The position numbers and the translations under genes are program-made. From Catajapyx aquilonaris (taxonomy: Eukaryota), in assembly GCA_000934665.2 (NCBI GenBank), contig KZ538236.1, positions 1 to 64,000 of the forward strand: a stretch of 64,000 bases of DNA, written 5' to 3'. Below the pieces are notes generated by a model. That model worked only from the letters and a program-made list of their open reading frames with translations. It had not been told where the DNA came from and did no database searches. Below, piece by piece: positions 21,701 through 36,700 of the stretch. The first letter of the stretch is position 1. Every line of letters starts with the position of its first letter.

Positions 21701-24700
21701 TCTTCTTCTTTTTTGACTGCCACCGACTTAAGGCGCACCCTGGGTTTTATGGGGAACCAACAAATATTTCTCGGTAAAACTAGGAAATTTTTAAAGCAGG
21801 CAGAAACTCACGGGACGAGTTCGCTTAAGACCGAGCTCATCAAGGTGGCTGTGATATGAGTATGAAGCAAACCACATCTCAGCCACTTTGACGCCTCAGT
21901 CCCAAGCAATGGCTCCAGTGGTCGTTCTTCCTTCAAACGCTGCGTGGCATGCACCGCTTTGCTCATCAAAGCTGGCTGTGATAGATATGGGCCACGCTAT
22001 GACAAACCAGATTTGATGCCAAAGCAGGCAAGATCAAACTCCTTCCGAGGCCTCCTCTTCTCTGCAGGGTCCTGCCAGTGGCTGAGTTTGGGCATCACGC
22101 CGCGTGAAAGACAAGGTAGTGAGATGTAAGAGTTAGCTAACATCTCACTACCCATGTCTTTCACGCCACATGCACCCTACATTTTTTTGGGGAAGTCACC
22201 CATCATGTACAGTACAAAACAACACCTAACGGAAGGGGCAAACAAGGTGCGAGCAAAAAGTACTATACTAACTGCAACAGCTTCCATCCTATGGTCGTCC
22301 TCGCTGCTTGGGGAAGTTACCCGAAGAACAGCCGGGCAGACGAGCACCTCCACTTCCTCTTCGCCGACCAGGCCCTGCTCTAGTAGCACCAGGAGCGCAG
22401 CTTGAGCCGTCTTACGAACCTGCAAAACATGCCTAGGTTAGTAATAGTCATTCCAACACTATTTAACAGCTAACGCTCGTCTGATTTCTCCCATTTTAAC
22501 TGGACCACGTGCTAAGGCCGCTCTCAAAAAAAGTGTGCACGACTTCCGCCTCTCGCTTTGATTTTATATGCACCGAGCCTTTGCACTTACTCTGGCCTTT
22601 TTGCCAGGGCATTGAAAAGTGCATCTTTCCCTTCAAGCAGTAATCAACAACTACTATTTTCCCACGCCCCCATTTTACCCCATCACTTTTCCTCTTGCCC
22701 CGGAAAAAAAAAGAAGCTGGCTGGCAACCAAATCATCAGGGTCGTTGAACACCTCCCACACACATGGATACCGCACCCCCAATTCGACCATGGCCTTTTA
22801 CCTGGTTGTTGTCGTCTGTGAGGAACTTGACGACTAATGGCAGGAGGTGTCTGGGTCCCACGTGCGCCAGACTGGTCCTGGCTCCTTCCTCCTGGCACAG
22901 CACCGCCACGTGGGGCACCTGCTCCATCAGCTCTGCTCGCACCAACGGCTCTGTACATCGCATGAAAGAGAAGCAAGAAAATAATAAAAAAGAGGGTCAC
23001 GGTCGGGCAACAGCAGGCAGCACAATGGGACATCCGGCTACTCCCACACATGCTGGAGGTCGAAGGTCAAATTGCACCCCCCCTCACTATACACCTGGCT
23101 CAATTTGTCTAACAAGTTCGCAGCCGACCTGGTCAAACTGCAGTGTAGCAAAATTTGGCAACACTGCCCGGCCCGATTGGACGTGATATGCCACTACGTT
23201 TCTTGGGGGTGGACCACGTGCGCTGCTGACGGAGGCAAAAATCGAAGGAACTGGCGCGAGGGAAGCGCATCTTCCGGTATGTCTGGCACCGACAAAATAA
23301 TAATAATAAAAAATGTAGGAGTCCGTTTAGCCCAAGAAGTTTGGAAGAACAAGAAGTGAGCACGTGCGAGGCAGGCAGGCCTTCTCTCTCTCCCCCCACC
23401 ACCACCACCATCTTTTTGACTTCCGGTGTCAACCCTTCGGAATGCGGGCCATCTGGCGCCGAGACGGCTTCCTTTCCCCCCTCCTAAACCCCCCAAAAAG
23501 CCCTCAGAAAGGGACCAAAAATACATCCAATCCTGGAAGTGCCACAGGGTGCCCTCCCTCCCTCCCGTCCATCTTTAAAGCTGTCCGCACCCTCCTCCCT
23601 TCATATACATGGATTGCACATGTGTGTACACACGTGTACTCACCGGAGTCGTGTGCGAGGGCGCCAACCACGCCCAGCACGGCGGCCACTTCCTCCGACT
23701 CCCCGGACACGGCCCGGAGCGTCTCCAGCACCGACCTGGCCACCATCTGCCTGGAAATACACAAAAAACACCAACCGTCAAACAAAACGAAAAGAGTACC
23801 GGTCATGCACACACACACAACACAACAGGGGGCAAAAAAACATGAAATGGGTCGGAATTTCAGTGGCATCATGTGCACACGTGGTCAAACAGGCCGCCAA
23901 AACACACGTATAGTCCAATTAGACAATGTCGCACTGGGCAATGATTCCTTATTGGTACCGAATTGCCATTGTTGACAGCAATCAAAAAGTGTACAGATTA
24001 TCCGAAAGGAAAGTTGCATTTGCATTACGGGTGACACTGGCCATAAGTCACATGGTCGGGGACAGTGTGTCAGTCACAAGTGGACACAATGCAATTGGGG
24101 GCAACAATTTTCAAGCGACTTCCTGGGATTACGTTATTATTGTCGATTTGCACCCTGTGATTTGCCAGAACAATTTTTCTGAGACACCCGGTACAACTTC
24201 CACAGGCTTTTTTTCTTTTTTTCTTTAAAAAAAACCCGCGGGGTTCGAACCTCCCAGCAAGGACGGACACGATCCTGAATGGGTCCATCACACACACACA
24301 CGTGAGAGCTCCGGAGCAGTGGGTGGTAGTAGTATCGGGTGGTTTTTTTATTTTAAAAAATCTGACCGTGACACATGGGACATTCCGCATCCCCCCTTCC
24401 GATTCATCATGATTCACTCTCTCTCAAGAAGACTCACACTTGACACACGCACCCATGACCATACTCCACTGAAATCCTCCCCCCCCCCCTCCTCCTCCTC
24501 CCAAATCTGGCAGCGTGTACTACGACGTGGGGCGGTGGCGTGGTGGTCGACGTCGTGGGCGCCCCACGATCCGGAGGTAGGCGGAGGAGGAGGAGGAAAA
24601 AGTGGGTAGGAGGGATAGGGAATGGTGGAGGTTTGTATTGATTGAGCGGCGGCCGGGATTCGCGCGCCACGGCGCTGCAGCATCCGATGCAGCTGCCAGC

Positions 24701-27700
24701 ATCGCCCTCCCCCTACCCTCCCACTCCCACCCTCCTATATACATGGGGGGGATGGACGGATGCAGAGCACCCTCAGCATCCACCCCACCCCAACCCAAAA
24801 AGCCACACACTTTGATCCGGCTCAGCTATGCCTTCTCTCGGGCACACAAAACTGGGCCCACGACCTCATCAAAGGAACTGCAAGAGAGGGGGGAGGGGGG
24901 GGTTGGGTCAGAGGTCAAATCCCTCGCCCGGGGGGGGGGGGAAGAGGGCACGTGCTCATTGTTGCTTACACGCACTGTTGGGGGGGCAAGTGCAACCGAA
25001 GCAGAAACACCATCTTACATAATAAGACAGAAAGTTTGTATGTCCGACCTAACCCACTTCCAGACTACCGAGAGCTGTGAAACTGGGCGCAATGATTGGT
25101 TGAGGGAAACTGCCCCCCAAAATGTAGAATTTTTCTCGCCCAATAATAAGCCCTGGTCGGACACTTAATTTCACAAATTGGCAATGTTATTTTATAAGCA
25201 ACCTGCCGTATGTTGTTGACCATATGGTTCCATTTTCGTTGTCGGTTGGTTGGTGTAACACCGGGGGGGACCCCCCCTCCTAAAAACCATTAGGTTCCAT
25301 CAGCTGGGGAAGTACTAGCCTGTAACTATTTACCGGTTCCCGTGATAAAATTACTGGGGCAGCTTCCGTTTGCTCCTAAAACTGCTTTTCTGGGTATCCT
25401 TATTCCCCCTTTTCCATATACACACACTGGAAATTGAGTGAGGCTCGAAATGCCCTCAAACCTGGAAGGAAGTCCTCTACTTCCTAATAACAGGAGCTTA
25501 TTACTGTTGTTATGGTAGGCTCTGTCAATATTAGATTTTAATACTGGGAGAAACATCATCTTTGAACCATCTTGACAGCATCATGTTCGGCATATGCGCA
25601 TCGGGATTAATTCCGACGATAGTTTAATTTCCCGTTCAATTTGTTTGCTTGCACAGCAGGATCAGTCTCCGAGCACCCCATCTGAAGATCCTCCCAATTA
25701 TTAACAATGCGCCAGACCCTTTCACCACTAAGCAGTAAATTATGCACACAAGTTTATGTCATATCAAGCCTCCCTGGCCACTGGAAAAGCCTCCAGATGT
25801 CATTTTACCCCGTGTTTGGTAAGCATGTCCAGAAAAGTAGCCATTCCCTCAGGATACATAATCGACTGCAAGTCATAATCCCCATTTCAATTATTTCAAA
25901 GGGTTGAATTTCCGTCGCACTGCTAGTTACTGCTAAGTAACTAGCAGCACACGCTTCAGGTGTCAATCGGACAATCCGGCTAATAATTCTCTCAAAAATT
26001 TTAAACTGACCGTTAAGCAGCTACACCTGCAGTTTTGTTGATATGGCACTTGAACTACCGCCCAGCTATTAACGGTCTGTTAAAAGGTTGGAGCAAACCG
26101 GGTATAAACTTGCGAAATCAAGTGTGGGTATGTCCTAAATGTGTGCGGAAACACCGAAAAAAAAGGGGGGAGGAGGGGTGAAAGTGGGGGGTGGTTTAGA
26201 GAGGAGGAGAGGGGGAAGATGGGGGGTGTCCGGGGATGGGGAGGGTGTCCGGGAGTATTGATTGCAGAGGAGACGAGGTGGTCCAGGAAGCTAAAGCAGC
26301 ACCACGTGCTGGGGCCCTGTATACATACTAAACCCCCACCCCCATACCCCCTATACCCACCCATCATCATCATCATCCCTCCTCCAACTACACCCCCTCC
26401 ACCCCCCAGCCTCCTTTCCGCAAACATTACACCATACCCACAACAAACACGGGTGCAACGCTCCGGAAGCTTCCCGCCATTTTTTCCCCCCCTCTCGGTC
26501 TCTGTACACATGTGATTGCATACTTGGTGACAAACCCCTCCTGGCAACTACCCAAAAGCCAATTGTGACATGTGCAGGTACAGTACCCGCTAAATTGAAG
26601 AGACATTTCGGCCAATTCCAGCCAGGTACACACACAAAAAAAGCACATGTCACTGGAACAAGAGACTTTGATGTGTTTCACTACGATGGCCTTTCCATTC
26701 AGCCTGCAGTTGGCGAGCTCTAGACTTTGCCAGTTCAGTGTGGCAGCAGAAAGTAACAGTTGGATGTATCAGTCAAACCACTAAGCAGCTTAGTGCCAGA
26801 GAAGGATCCGTTGCCTGGATTAGTTCCACCTTGGCACCCCAATAACATTCAGTGGATATTAGTTCCTATCATGTTAAATGAGCTTGTCTGCTCTCAGATG
26901 GATTTGTAAATATTTGTTCGCATTCAGAATGGCCACATTAGGTTCAATACATGTATTCCAAGAATGTCAGGTGCTGCTCAACTGCTTGAATTGCATTCGG
27001 TATTGCTCAGACAGTACAGTTGATTGAAACAAGACCACTGTAAGCTATAAGTTGAAGGGCACGCTGAAAACACCTAGCAATAGGAAAATATACTGTACTA
27101 TATCGCTCAAAAAGATGGGAGACTATTGAGCATTTGGTTTCAATGCAAAATCGTCTACATCAGCTGACGCCCAGTGGTATAAACATTGAGTTGACATTTT
27201 CCTCCCAAATTACCAGGCAGGTCAAATTAATTAACACCTGATTAGTCAAATTCAGGTATCTGCTAAGAGCAGGCCCTCAGTCCACTTTGAGACAGCTTTG
27301 AATTCTCATACCGGCTATTACTCAGGAAGGTTTCTCCAACCCAGGCAGCCATGAGCCAATTGCAGTTACTATACGCTGATAAGGCCCAAACTGGCTAAGT
27401 TAAAAAGTTGGACCATGTCTCGCGTCCAATAATTCTCTCATCATTCATTTTACACTCTCGACAAATTGCTGTCGAAGGTGTCATTCGGGCACACAGATCA
27501 TATATTTAGTGCAGATGTTTCATTCCTGCTTTTTCAGAACATCCCAACCGAACCCCGCCATTTTGTAATTATTGCACACGATCACTATGCATTTTTTTTG
27601 GAGGGAGCTAGATTCGTCCACAAGCGATCAACAAAAGTTGAAGACCGGTACACACGCACACCCAAGTTGGAGATCCCCTGAGTAGTTCATTTTCCGCGCG

Positions 27701-30700
27701 CCCGCCAAACCAGCCAACCAGGGTGAATGGGACGCGCTGAATGGCGGGAAAGGGAGAGATGGGTGGGAACTTGGAGAGAGAGAGAGAGATGGGGAGGAGA
27801 GAGGGCAAAGGCAGGTGGGAGGGAAGGGAGGATAGGAGCTGAGTGAATGAACCGCGCCCAGTTCGCAAACCCCCCTCCATTTCACCCACCCACCCACTCC
27901 AAAAGCCAGCAGGCACGCAAATTCCTCAAGTCTCCTCCACACCCCCCTCCCCCTCCTCCCAAAGCAACGTACGCATACCAGACGCACGCAAAAACCGTTC
28001 TCCACACGACACTACCGCCACTTCCCAGCCCGGTGGAAGAAATACGAAAACCAAATCCGCACAAGTTTACTAACCTCACCCAAAACATAAGTGGTTCTTC
28101 CGTCTTCCAAGGTTGGAAGGAAGGGGAAAGTAGCCTCGTAATCGATAATACTCGCGTAGTATTACGCTCGCTTCTTCTCTTTTTTGCGACCAGTCGTTGC
28201 GATTAGCAATGGGCCTGGACAAAATTGTCAATGCAGTGCTGGACATTACAGTGCCCATTACATTACTTCTGAAAAAAGTAGGCGGCGACTTCTGCCCCCT
28301 CCACACACACCCTGGTGGGTACAGTGCAGTCCACAAGAAACCCTGCAGAGGTCGCAATATTTAGGACATGCCCATTTTTTTTGACAAGTTAGGCTGTGGG
28401 GGCGCCACCAGTACGACACCATTAGTGAAGTTACACGAATTCTTTTCCATTCCTGTCCACATGTAATCCAGATGCTGTGCTACCCCCAAGAGGAAAACAT
28501 TACGTGCCAACAGTAGGTTCGTCATTTTTACAGCTATGCAAGTTTGAAAGCACCGGATGCAGCAGTCCCCACGCCACGACAAACGGTTCCTGGATTCCAG
28601 GCAGAGATTTCAAGGAGATGCCCCAGCTGCATTCAGGCTCTATCTCTCGGGTTTTTTAAGGTGTACGTAACATCGAGAGTGGGGGGTGTGGGTGGCTGCA
28701 ACTGCAACCGGGGGAATTGGATTCGATACTTCATCCTGCACCCACCACTCTCTCTCTCTCTACCCACCCACACACCCCCAACATCCCCCTCGGTGTTCAA
28801 TCGACGTGTTCGCTCATCCTGCGAATCCTGTCAGCTGTAATAAACTCGCTGGCGGGACCCCCACACACAAAAGCCCGCTCCAGTATCAAATGACTCCCCC
28901 AAAACATCCGCGTTCCTCCCCAAAAACCGGATAATACAGTTGAAAGAGGCGACTTTGACAAGCACCTTTTTGACATCCCAATTCTGCGCAAGGAAGACGC
29001 ATCTGCAAATGTGTGGGCACTTACGACCTTTTTTTGCCAAGGAGCAGCAAGCACACATACTCAACCATTGATAAGATTTTTGCCCCTCGACCTCTCCAGG
29101 GTTTCTTTAACGGGACCCTTCCCTCCTCCATCTCTTTTCCTATGCCTTCTCCTGTATGTTACCCCCACCTTCCTGCCAGTTCCTCCCTCCCTTTGCCTTC
29201 CTACCACATACTTGGAATGGCTGGCATACCTGGCGAGCCTGGGGGAGTGGACACGAGGCACCAAATCGCTTCTCCCTTGGACTCCCAGGAGGAAGGAGGG
29301 GTTCGAAAGGAGGAGGAGGAGGGGATGATGGGTGGTGGTGGGTGGGTGGTTGGGGAGGTTTGCAGGCACCCTTGAAAAGGAACCGGACCCTCCTCTTCCC
29401 AAGGGGGGGTTACAGACGAGAACAAACGGGCACACTCTGGCCAACATCGTCGTTTGAACCGGGCATTTTCGCGCCAAATAGCAACAATCACGAGGTGCTC
29501 GGAGGTCAACAATCCGCATCTAGCACGTGGGCCTGTCGAGTGCACCAAATTATCCTGTAAACACGACCTTAAATCGACACGTGTCTGGCCATGAATGCTG
29601 CCAACTTAAATCGTCCAGTTAAAAAATGGGTGGAATTTTCGTCCCACTACGAGTGTCACTAACTTAGCAGCACCAGTGTTGGCAATACTAAGTTAGCAAT
29701 AGGAAGAAAATTCCGACCACAAACGACCACAAAAACGAGACATTTGCCATGAAATGTGCAGGTAGCCAATTTCGACCTGTAATTTAGAATATAGGAAGCT
29801 GATTAAGTTGGCGGCCGTGGCTTCCAGGCAACTGGACGATTCTTCTCCAGGCCAGAATTTTTGCGTTGGCAACTCTGACGTACATTTCAAGGCGCTACAT
29901 CACCTACAAACAGCAAATGATTTTCCCTCCCAGAAGTTTTCCCCAAACCCGAAGCTGGACCCCCTCCATTTTCGGCGTCGGGCAAAAGCAGAAGCCATGT
30001 GGCGGACGAGAAAAGGGGCCTATCCCCCTCCGGATCTCCCGTTTGTTCCCCCCTCCCTCCCTCCCTCCTTCCCTCCGGAGGGTTTTCCCTTTTCTCCTCC
30101 CCACCCTCCTCCTCTAGCCTAAATTTGGCCCCCCTCTTCTCCGGCATGTTGACCCTGGTCAGGAGCTCCCTTCTCCCTTGCTTTCCCGCCACGACGCCAA
30201 CGCTTCACTCCCCCCCAAACCCGGCTACATATTTTCTCCAGGAGTCTGGAATAGTTTACGTCACACACACACACACCTTTGGCGCCCGTTTTTTTTCTTC
30301 CATCCATTGTTCCCGCACAAACCTATAGCCATTATTATTATTAGTACGCTCCCTTATCCGCGTGGCAGGAAGTAATTAGCTTTTATTGCATTACCGGTGC
30401 AAGGGATCAGTCGGCGGATGACTTCATCCCAGGACATAAACCTGCGTTATTCATGAGATGACTCAAAACTGCCAGGGTTGGACATTGCAGACCGTGGCCA
30501 GCGGGACAGGAAGAGACAAGAGCTCGATCGTAGCATTCCTCTGCGTGGTGGCATATACAAAAAAAAAAAAGTCTATAAATAATCGCCCCATTCATAGCAA
30601 CCCCCCCCCAGCGCAGATAGGGATCATTGCTCCTATTGCAGCAATCGACTGTCGTAATTGGAGTCTGCTAAAAATACGCGATGGTTGTAACGGGGAGGGG

Positions 30701-33700
30701 AATCCCCGGGTTTTCATCAGATCAGTGAATGGCCAGCACATAGCTGCTAAAGAGAGCCTCAAACAGAATGGTGCCAAATAACCGTCACACGCATGTAACC
30801 AGGCCTGGCACCGGATTGTTTACCCCAGCAAGCTACAGTGCCCCTGAAGTGTTGCTGGGATAAACAATCCTCATCCTGTCCCCCCCCCCCCTCTCTCTCT
30901 CCGTGAAACTTGGGTCGGCTCTCCACCCTGTTGCGGACAGGGATGCCAAATTTCTGAAGTAAGCACGCCTTCAACTACACACCGGCTATTTTCGAGAAGA
31001 GTGGGTGGGTAGACGGGGGGAAAAAAAGAGAGGAAACTGAGTCAAAAAAACACCAGCGTGAGCAAACAGTACAACCTGCGTGCGTGAGATTATCTCGAGG
31101 GTGGTGGCAACGACCCCCGACTTCCTCGCGGACGTCGTGGGAAGGAGAGAAAAAAAGAAGCGTCGCGACGGAACCTTCTTCTCCGGCAGATGGCGCTTGG
31201 CACGTGCTCCCATATCCACGTGGACACACACACACCTACACGCACTTGCAAAAACCTCACTTCCGGTGGCCACGCACTTGGGACACTCACGCACTCCGCG
31301 CCACACCGACGCATCTTTCCCCATTCCTTTCTTCCTTCTGCGGCGCTGCCTGTCAGTGCCACTGCTGCTGCCAGGCCCCTCTCAACACAACCCCCCCACT
31401 CCTAGTAAACCCCTCCTCCTCCTAGCCACCCCTCACCAACGCCCGCACACAACCCACCCCCAACTCTCTCTCCCAACATCTGTCACAGTGCCGGAAAACA
31501 ACCAGGCCTGACTAACCCATCGCCCGCAGACTCACGCCGGATGGACCCACGGACTGGCTCCAAGGAATATGATGGTGCTGGGAGGGAGGGAGGGAGGGAG
31601 GGGGGAGGATGCGCAAAACACACACACCCATCCCCACCCACCCAACAGAAGATCCAACGCACAACACGCATTTATCCACGCGCATCCACCCCCCCTCCGA
31701 TTCAATATTTTGCTTTCGTTGGGAATATACGTCACCGTTGTGGTATTGGTGAGGGCGGGGACGACGAATACGGTGAATTCCCGACCCCCAAAAACAGCAG
31801 CTATTCGGCCAGTAGCGGCGACAAACAATCGCTGTTATGCGATTGGCTGTGAGGGGCGCGCACTTTTCCATTTCGATGCATGCCATCGCATTGTATTCTC
31901 AAGAGGTTGATCCGGCCAGCACTCTTGCCATGAGTGTGCTCCACTGGATGCATAACACGCAGGGGGGGNNNNNNNNNNCAATATCTGAAGTGGCCGAGCT
32001 ATAGCATGATAATATCATATATGCCTAATCCGCTTATTCTCTCTGTCCGTTTGTCCGTGTTGACTCAAATCGCCTAAATAGTAGCTTCCACACTTTTTCA
32101 CTTTCCCCGTTCAACAATGAGGACAAGAGGGTGGGACCCACGCTCTGGTGGGCTTTGTCGCGAGGTGACTCATCACCAACGTGCATGTAGCACTACCGTC
32201 CCCCTGCGAGTGGCAGTAGTGTGCAGAGAGCCTATGCGCCAACTGGTAGTGGCCTATCGTACTACGTCCAAGTTGGGGGGAGCAGTGTTGCCAGAATTTG
32301 GCAACGATTCCGCTACTGGTTCGAGGAAGAAAACACAAATGCCTCGCGAATTCCAGGGATGATCGCAACAAAACAGGTTTTTGGCGCACCTGCAATACAC
32401 CAAAAACTATCCCCCCCCCTCGACATTTTCGCGTTATTGGGCATGAAACTTTCACCTGTTCCGCTCAGATATTCAGGGATATGCAATAACTGTCAAATTA
32501 CCGCCCGATTCTGAACCACGCCAATTAAAAATGCACCATGCCACCACCAACCCCCCCCCCTGCAAAACCGTTATTGGCAGAGTCAATATCCCAAAGTAAC
32601 AAAAACCAAGCAAATGAACAAATGCGGCCTGCTGTCAACGTGCAAAAAAAAAAAGGAGAGCAAACCATAAGGGATCTATGCAATAATAATAATAAAAAGG
32701 TGTAGTACAGTACACTTCCTGATAGTATAGTATAGTTACATAACACATAGGCCGTAATGCAGGTGGAGTGAGGGTGAGGGTGGGGGGTGTATGTTCTCAT
32801 GGCAACTGGGATCATAACCCCCCAAGGGGTGGGGAGAGAGTGAGCAAGCGCTGCGAAATACGTACACACACATTCATACGGGCACGAAAGGGACGATGTG
32901 AATGGAGCGTAGAGCGTAGCTCGGCCATGCAGTTCTTTTCGTCGATGACGATTCCCTGATAAGAGCGCGCCAAAAAAACATGGACCGGGGATAAGGGGGA
33001 GGAGGAGGAGGGGGATAAAAAAAATCTTACTACGCCTTTGGCCTTGCTTGTACTCACTAGTAGGTAAACATCACGCAGTAACGGCATTTCCCCCCCCCCC
33101 CCTCCTTCCCTTGTTGTCGTGGAATCTGCTGGCCTTCCACGCAACTTGTCTACACGGCATGCCTCTTGTCCCTAACATCGTCATTGACGGAAACTGTCAA
33201 CTTTTGGGAACGCCATTTAGCTACCAAAAAGACTGAAGGGCGGATCGGCTTCCACTCACAGACAGGAATCGAGCCAATAATATACCCCTGGAGAGGCCTT
33301 CAAAAAAAAAAAAAAAAAAAAGAACACGTCGGAGTCACGACACCAGAATAATCTCGGAGGAAAAAATGTTTTCGACCAGGTGTTTCCGGAAACGGCCTTG
33401 TGCGACTTCATTTTCCGTTACCTAATATCATTTGAGCACCTTTTGGTCCAACTAATTAGCGCCACAATTTTTTGGCCCATCGAGGAGAATAAATTTGTAC
33501 GAACAATCGGCGCCTGTTTAGTACACACGTAGCACCAGATAAAACGTGTGTACGCGTCACTCGTTAGCGACGTGCATAAAAATAGCTAAAAAGAAAATCG
33601 TCCGATTGTGATGAGAATGCCGCGCAGCAGGAGGGGGAACATTACCAGTATATTGTTCTGCAGGGCATGCCCGCGACTTCCTGGCTCCAAATGCCCAAGA

Positions 33701-36700
33701 TTAAAATTTTCTCGCGACATGAATGGCGCCTGGAAAGGGGGGGACGTGTGGGGGTGAAGGAAGATATCGGAATGTATGGTATGCACGGCATGGCAGCAGT
33801 GTACATGCAGACTTGCACGGGTACGTAGCGTTCCGATTATCCCCATATTAGCCACCAAAAATGTTTTTCCCCCCCAATAATACTGGTTGAATGCAAGCAC
33901 ACTCTGAGGCTGTGAGACAACAACTCCCTTGGAACAATGGCATCCGAGTTCAAGCGTCGCCGCAGCTCTTTCGCAATAGGCAATATTTCCATATAACTGG
34001 ATATTTTCTGCCCTTGTATATATGCAACTGTTTCGATGGAGATTCGCCAAAATGGTTTAGCGTCAGAGATAAATAAAGATGGATTGCGTTGCAAACAAGA
34101 AAGCTGGCAGCTGCGTCAACAATAAACACAATGAGAATTATTGCCGATTTCCACCGACACTTAAAACTTTGCGCACTGCTTTTGAAAAAAATTGTTTCAT
34201 TCGACATACTCCGGACCTTTAAACTGCATGTCCAGAGTATGTCGAATGAAACAATTTTTCAAAAGCAGTGCATGAAGCATGTTCCTGTAAAGGAGGCGAT
34301 ACTTGTGCTCCTCCATCAATTTCCATACTAGCCTTTTAAAAAACCCCACTTAAATCTAGCTTGTAAATAATCAGTTACTACCAATGAATTATTTCGCAAC
34401 TTCATTTGGATCGGAACTATTTTTAACCATTAGCAACTCTTTTTCCCGACAGCTCTTGCAGGTGTAAGAAACACTGTCGAACTAAAACGATCAGCGACAT
34501 GCTGCAAATAATCATCTCCCGATTCACTCGATATCTACAGTGCCAATGATATTACCGCCTTGCTAGCAGGATAACAGGTTTTTAAATGGCGCGGGCCTCT
34601 TCGACATTCCGCCCCTCGGTACCAAAAAAAATCCGGCCAATTCCTGTTTGGAGCACCCTGTGTATAATTCATAAGCAGGGAGGGATGGGGCTCCTGCTTC
34701 TTCAGCAATTTCGTATAGGTTTGATGCCCGATTTTTTGGCACTAGCTCAAGGTGGCGACGGTCCAGTTCAGATCCGAGAGGGTGAGGGTGGGGCGGATGC
34801 ATCTAGCAGCACTATACTATAAAAGAGCCAGGCCGCCATTGAACTCACCCCCCCCCCATCCCTCCCCCACTTTTCCATCTGGCGCGCGCCTTCACAGCGC
34901 CCCCATCACAATGAGTGTGGCGCCCGCCCCATATAGATTAGTAGTCCAGATAGGGACAAGACCTTGCTGGCAACACCACCGCCATCACCTGCCTCCCCCA
35001 TTCTCTGTGCCTCCCCAAATAATTTTTTTTGTTGCTCTCTCTCTCTCGCACCCTATACACAGGCCGGACCTTGCAGCTCTCGCACCTGCCTGAAACCAAC
35101 CAACCAGCACCCAGGCATAAACCCCCTCTCATATATGGAACCGACCCAACCACCTACCAACCCAAGCCAAACCCACCCTCTCTCTCTCTCTCAAAAAAAA
35201 ATAAAAACCCTCGACCTTACTTACTACCTCTAGACCGCATCTGCCGCGCACGCGACAATCACACAGCCAATCGATGTCAATCGACACTCATCCCACCTCC
35301 CTTCCCCATTCTTTCTTTCGCTTCCAGACACACTCCCCCATTCAGAGGTTACCCAAGTCATTCCTTCGGGAGAGGTTCAAACGAGTGCTGGGGACGACTT
35401 CAAACGTTCACCTCTCACTTATCGGGGAGACATTCGCACTGTTCGAGTGCTTTTTCATGGGGTTCTTCCTCCTCACTGTGGGGGGGGACTCGTCCAAATA
35501 TTCCAATCGAGGAGGTTGGGGGGTGGTACAAGAGGGAAATCATTCTTGGAAAAAAAAAAAAGAGTGGGTGAAAAAAACAGGCAATGTACACCTGCATTGC
35601 TCGCCTCCGGATAATCGATGTAAGCTTAATCGCTGAACCGTGGGCTTAACGTCTTCTAATTTTGGCGCTACAATAGGATTTTACCGAGTTAGGGGTAAAA
35701 AAAAAAGTAATGTGAAACCTGCCTCTAACGGACACCGTATCTGGCGGAAACTTGCCCATTACATTTCCAGCGCAGTGCAACTGGAACGTGTGCAGTGTGG
35801 AAATATTTTGGGAATACGGAGTGTCTCCACCACTTTTGCTGCACCTTGTTACTGTTATCGAATCGAAATCATAACTAGCGAATTTTGTAAATTAATACTA
35901 GCGGAATTACTCGAAATAATTTACACATCGCAATGAGTGCAATGCAAACAGTTGATGTAGCAATAGGTGCCACGATGCCAGGCACACATACAATCTATAA
36001 TATCAATTTATAATTGCTATACACGGGGAAAAGTAAAACTCGAATAAAACGAATGACATGAAGGTTACTTGCGCAACAGTTCGTTACATATGCCTTTGTC
36101 AACAGAGTACTTCTCTGCTGGGACCGAGTAACTATCAACACTGACTTTGTAGCAACAAATTTAAGGATTAATGACCCGTGCTTGATAGCGCATTTACACG
36201 GTGCTGCTTCGCTATTAACCCAAGTCATGTAATGTCCTTTGGCAACTGTTTCAAGACAGAATCGGACAAAATGCATATTGGAAGGGATTTATCTGGCCTG
36301 CCGACATTTTGATGAGAAACATGCGACAGCAACACTTATCCGACGAACTACACCAAGATAAACGCGTCTCCTCGAGAGCCCTGGCAAATAAATTCCTACA
36401 GAATCCCTCGCACGATGTGATTCCAAGATTCCCATATTTCCCCCCGAATTCTTTCCTTGCTTCATACAAAGAGATGATAAAACCACTCGAAGGATTCCAT
36501 CGCCATTTATTCATCTCTAATAGGGATTAGCGTATCACATCCAACGGATTCCCTGGTTTCATGCTCATGAGCGGCAAGGTGAGTGTTGATTAATTACAGT
36601 GTTCGGCAAAATAGGCTTTACGTGACGATTCGGTCCACAGCCAATCTTTCCACCGGAGTAACCCAATCGGTGGCTCTCACTCGCACAACCGACATTTTTC

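Noticed and set aside
24236..24262. GGTTCGAACC T-loop/B-box-like motif (similar one near 37027)
   Set aside because: No cloverleaf or A-box can be built around either site.
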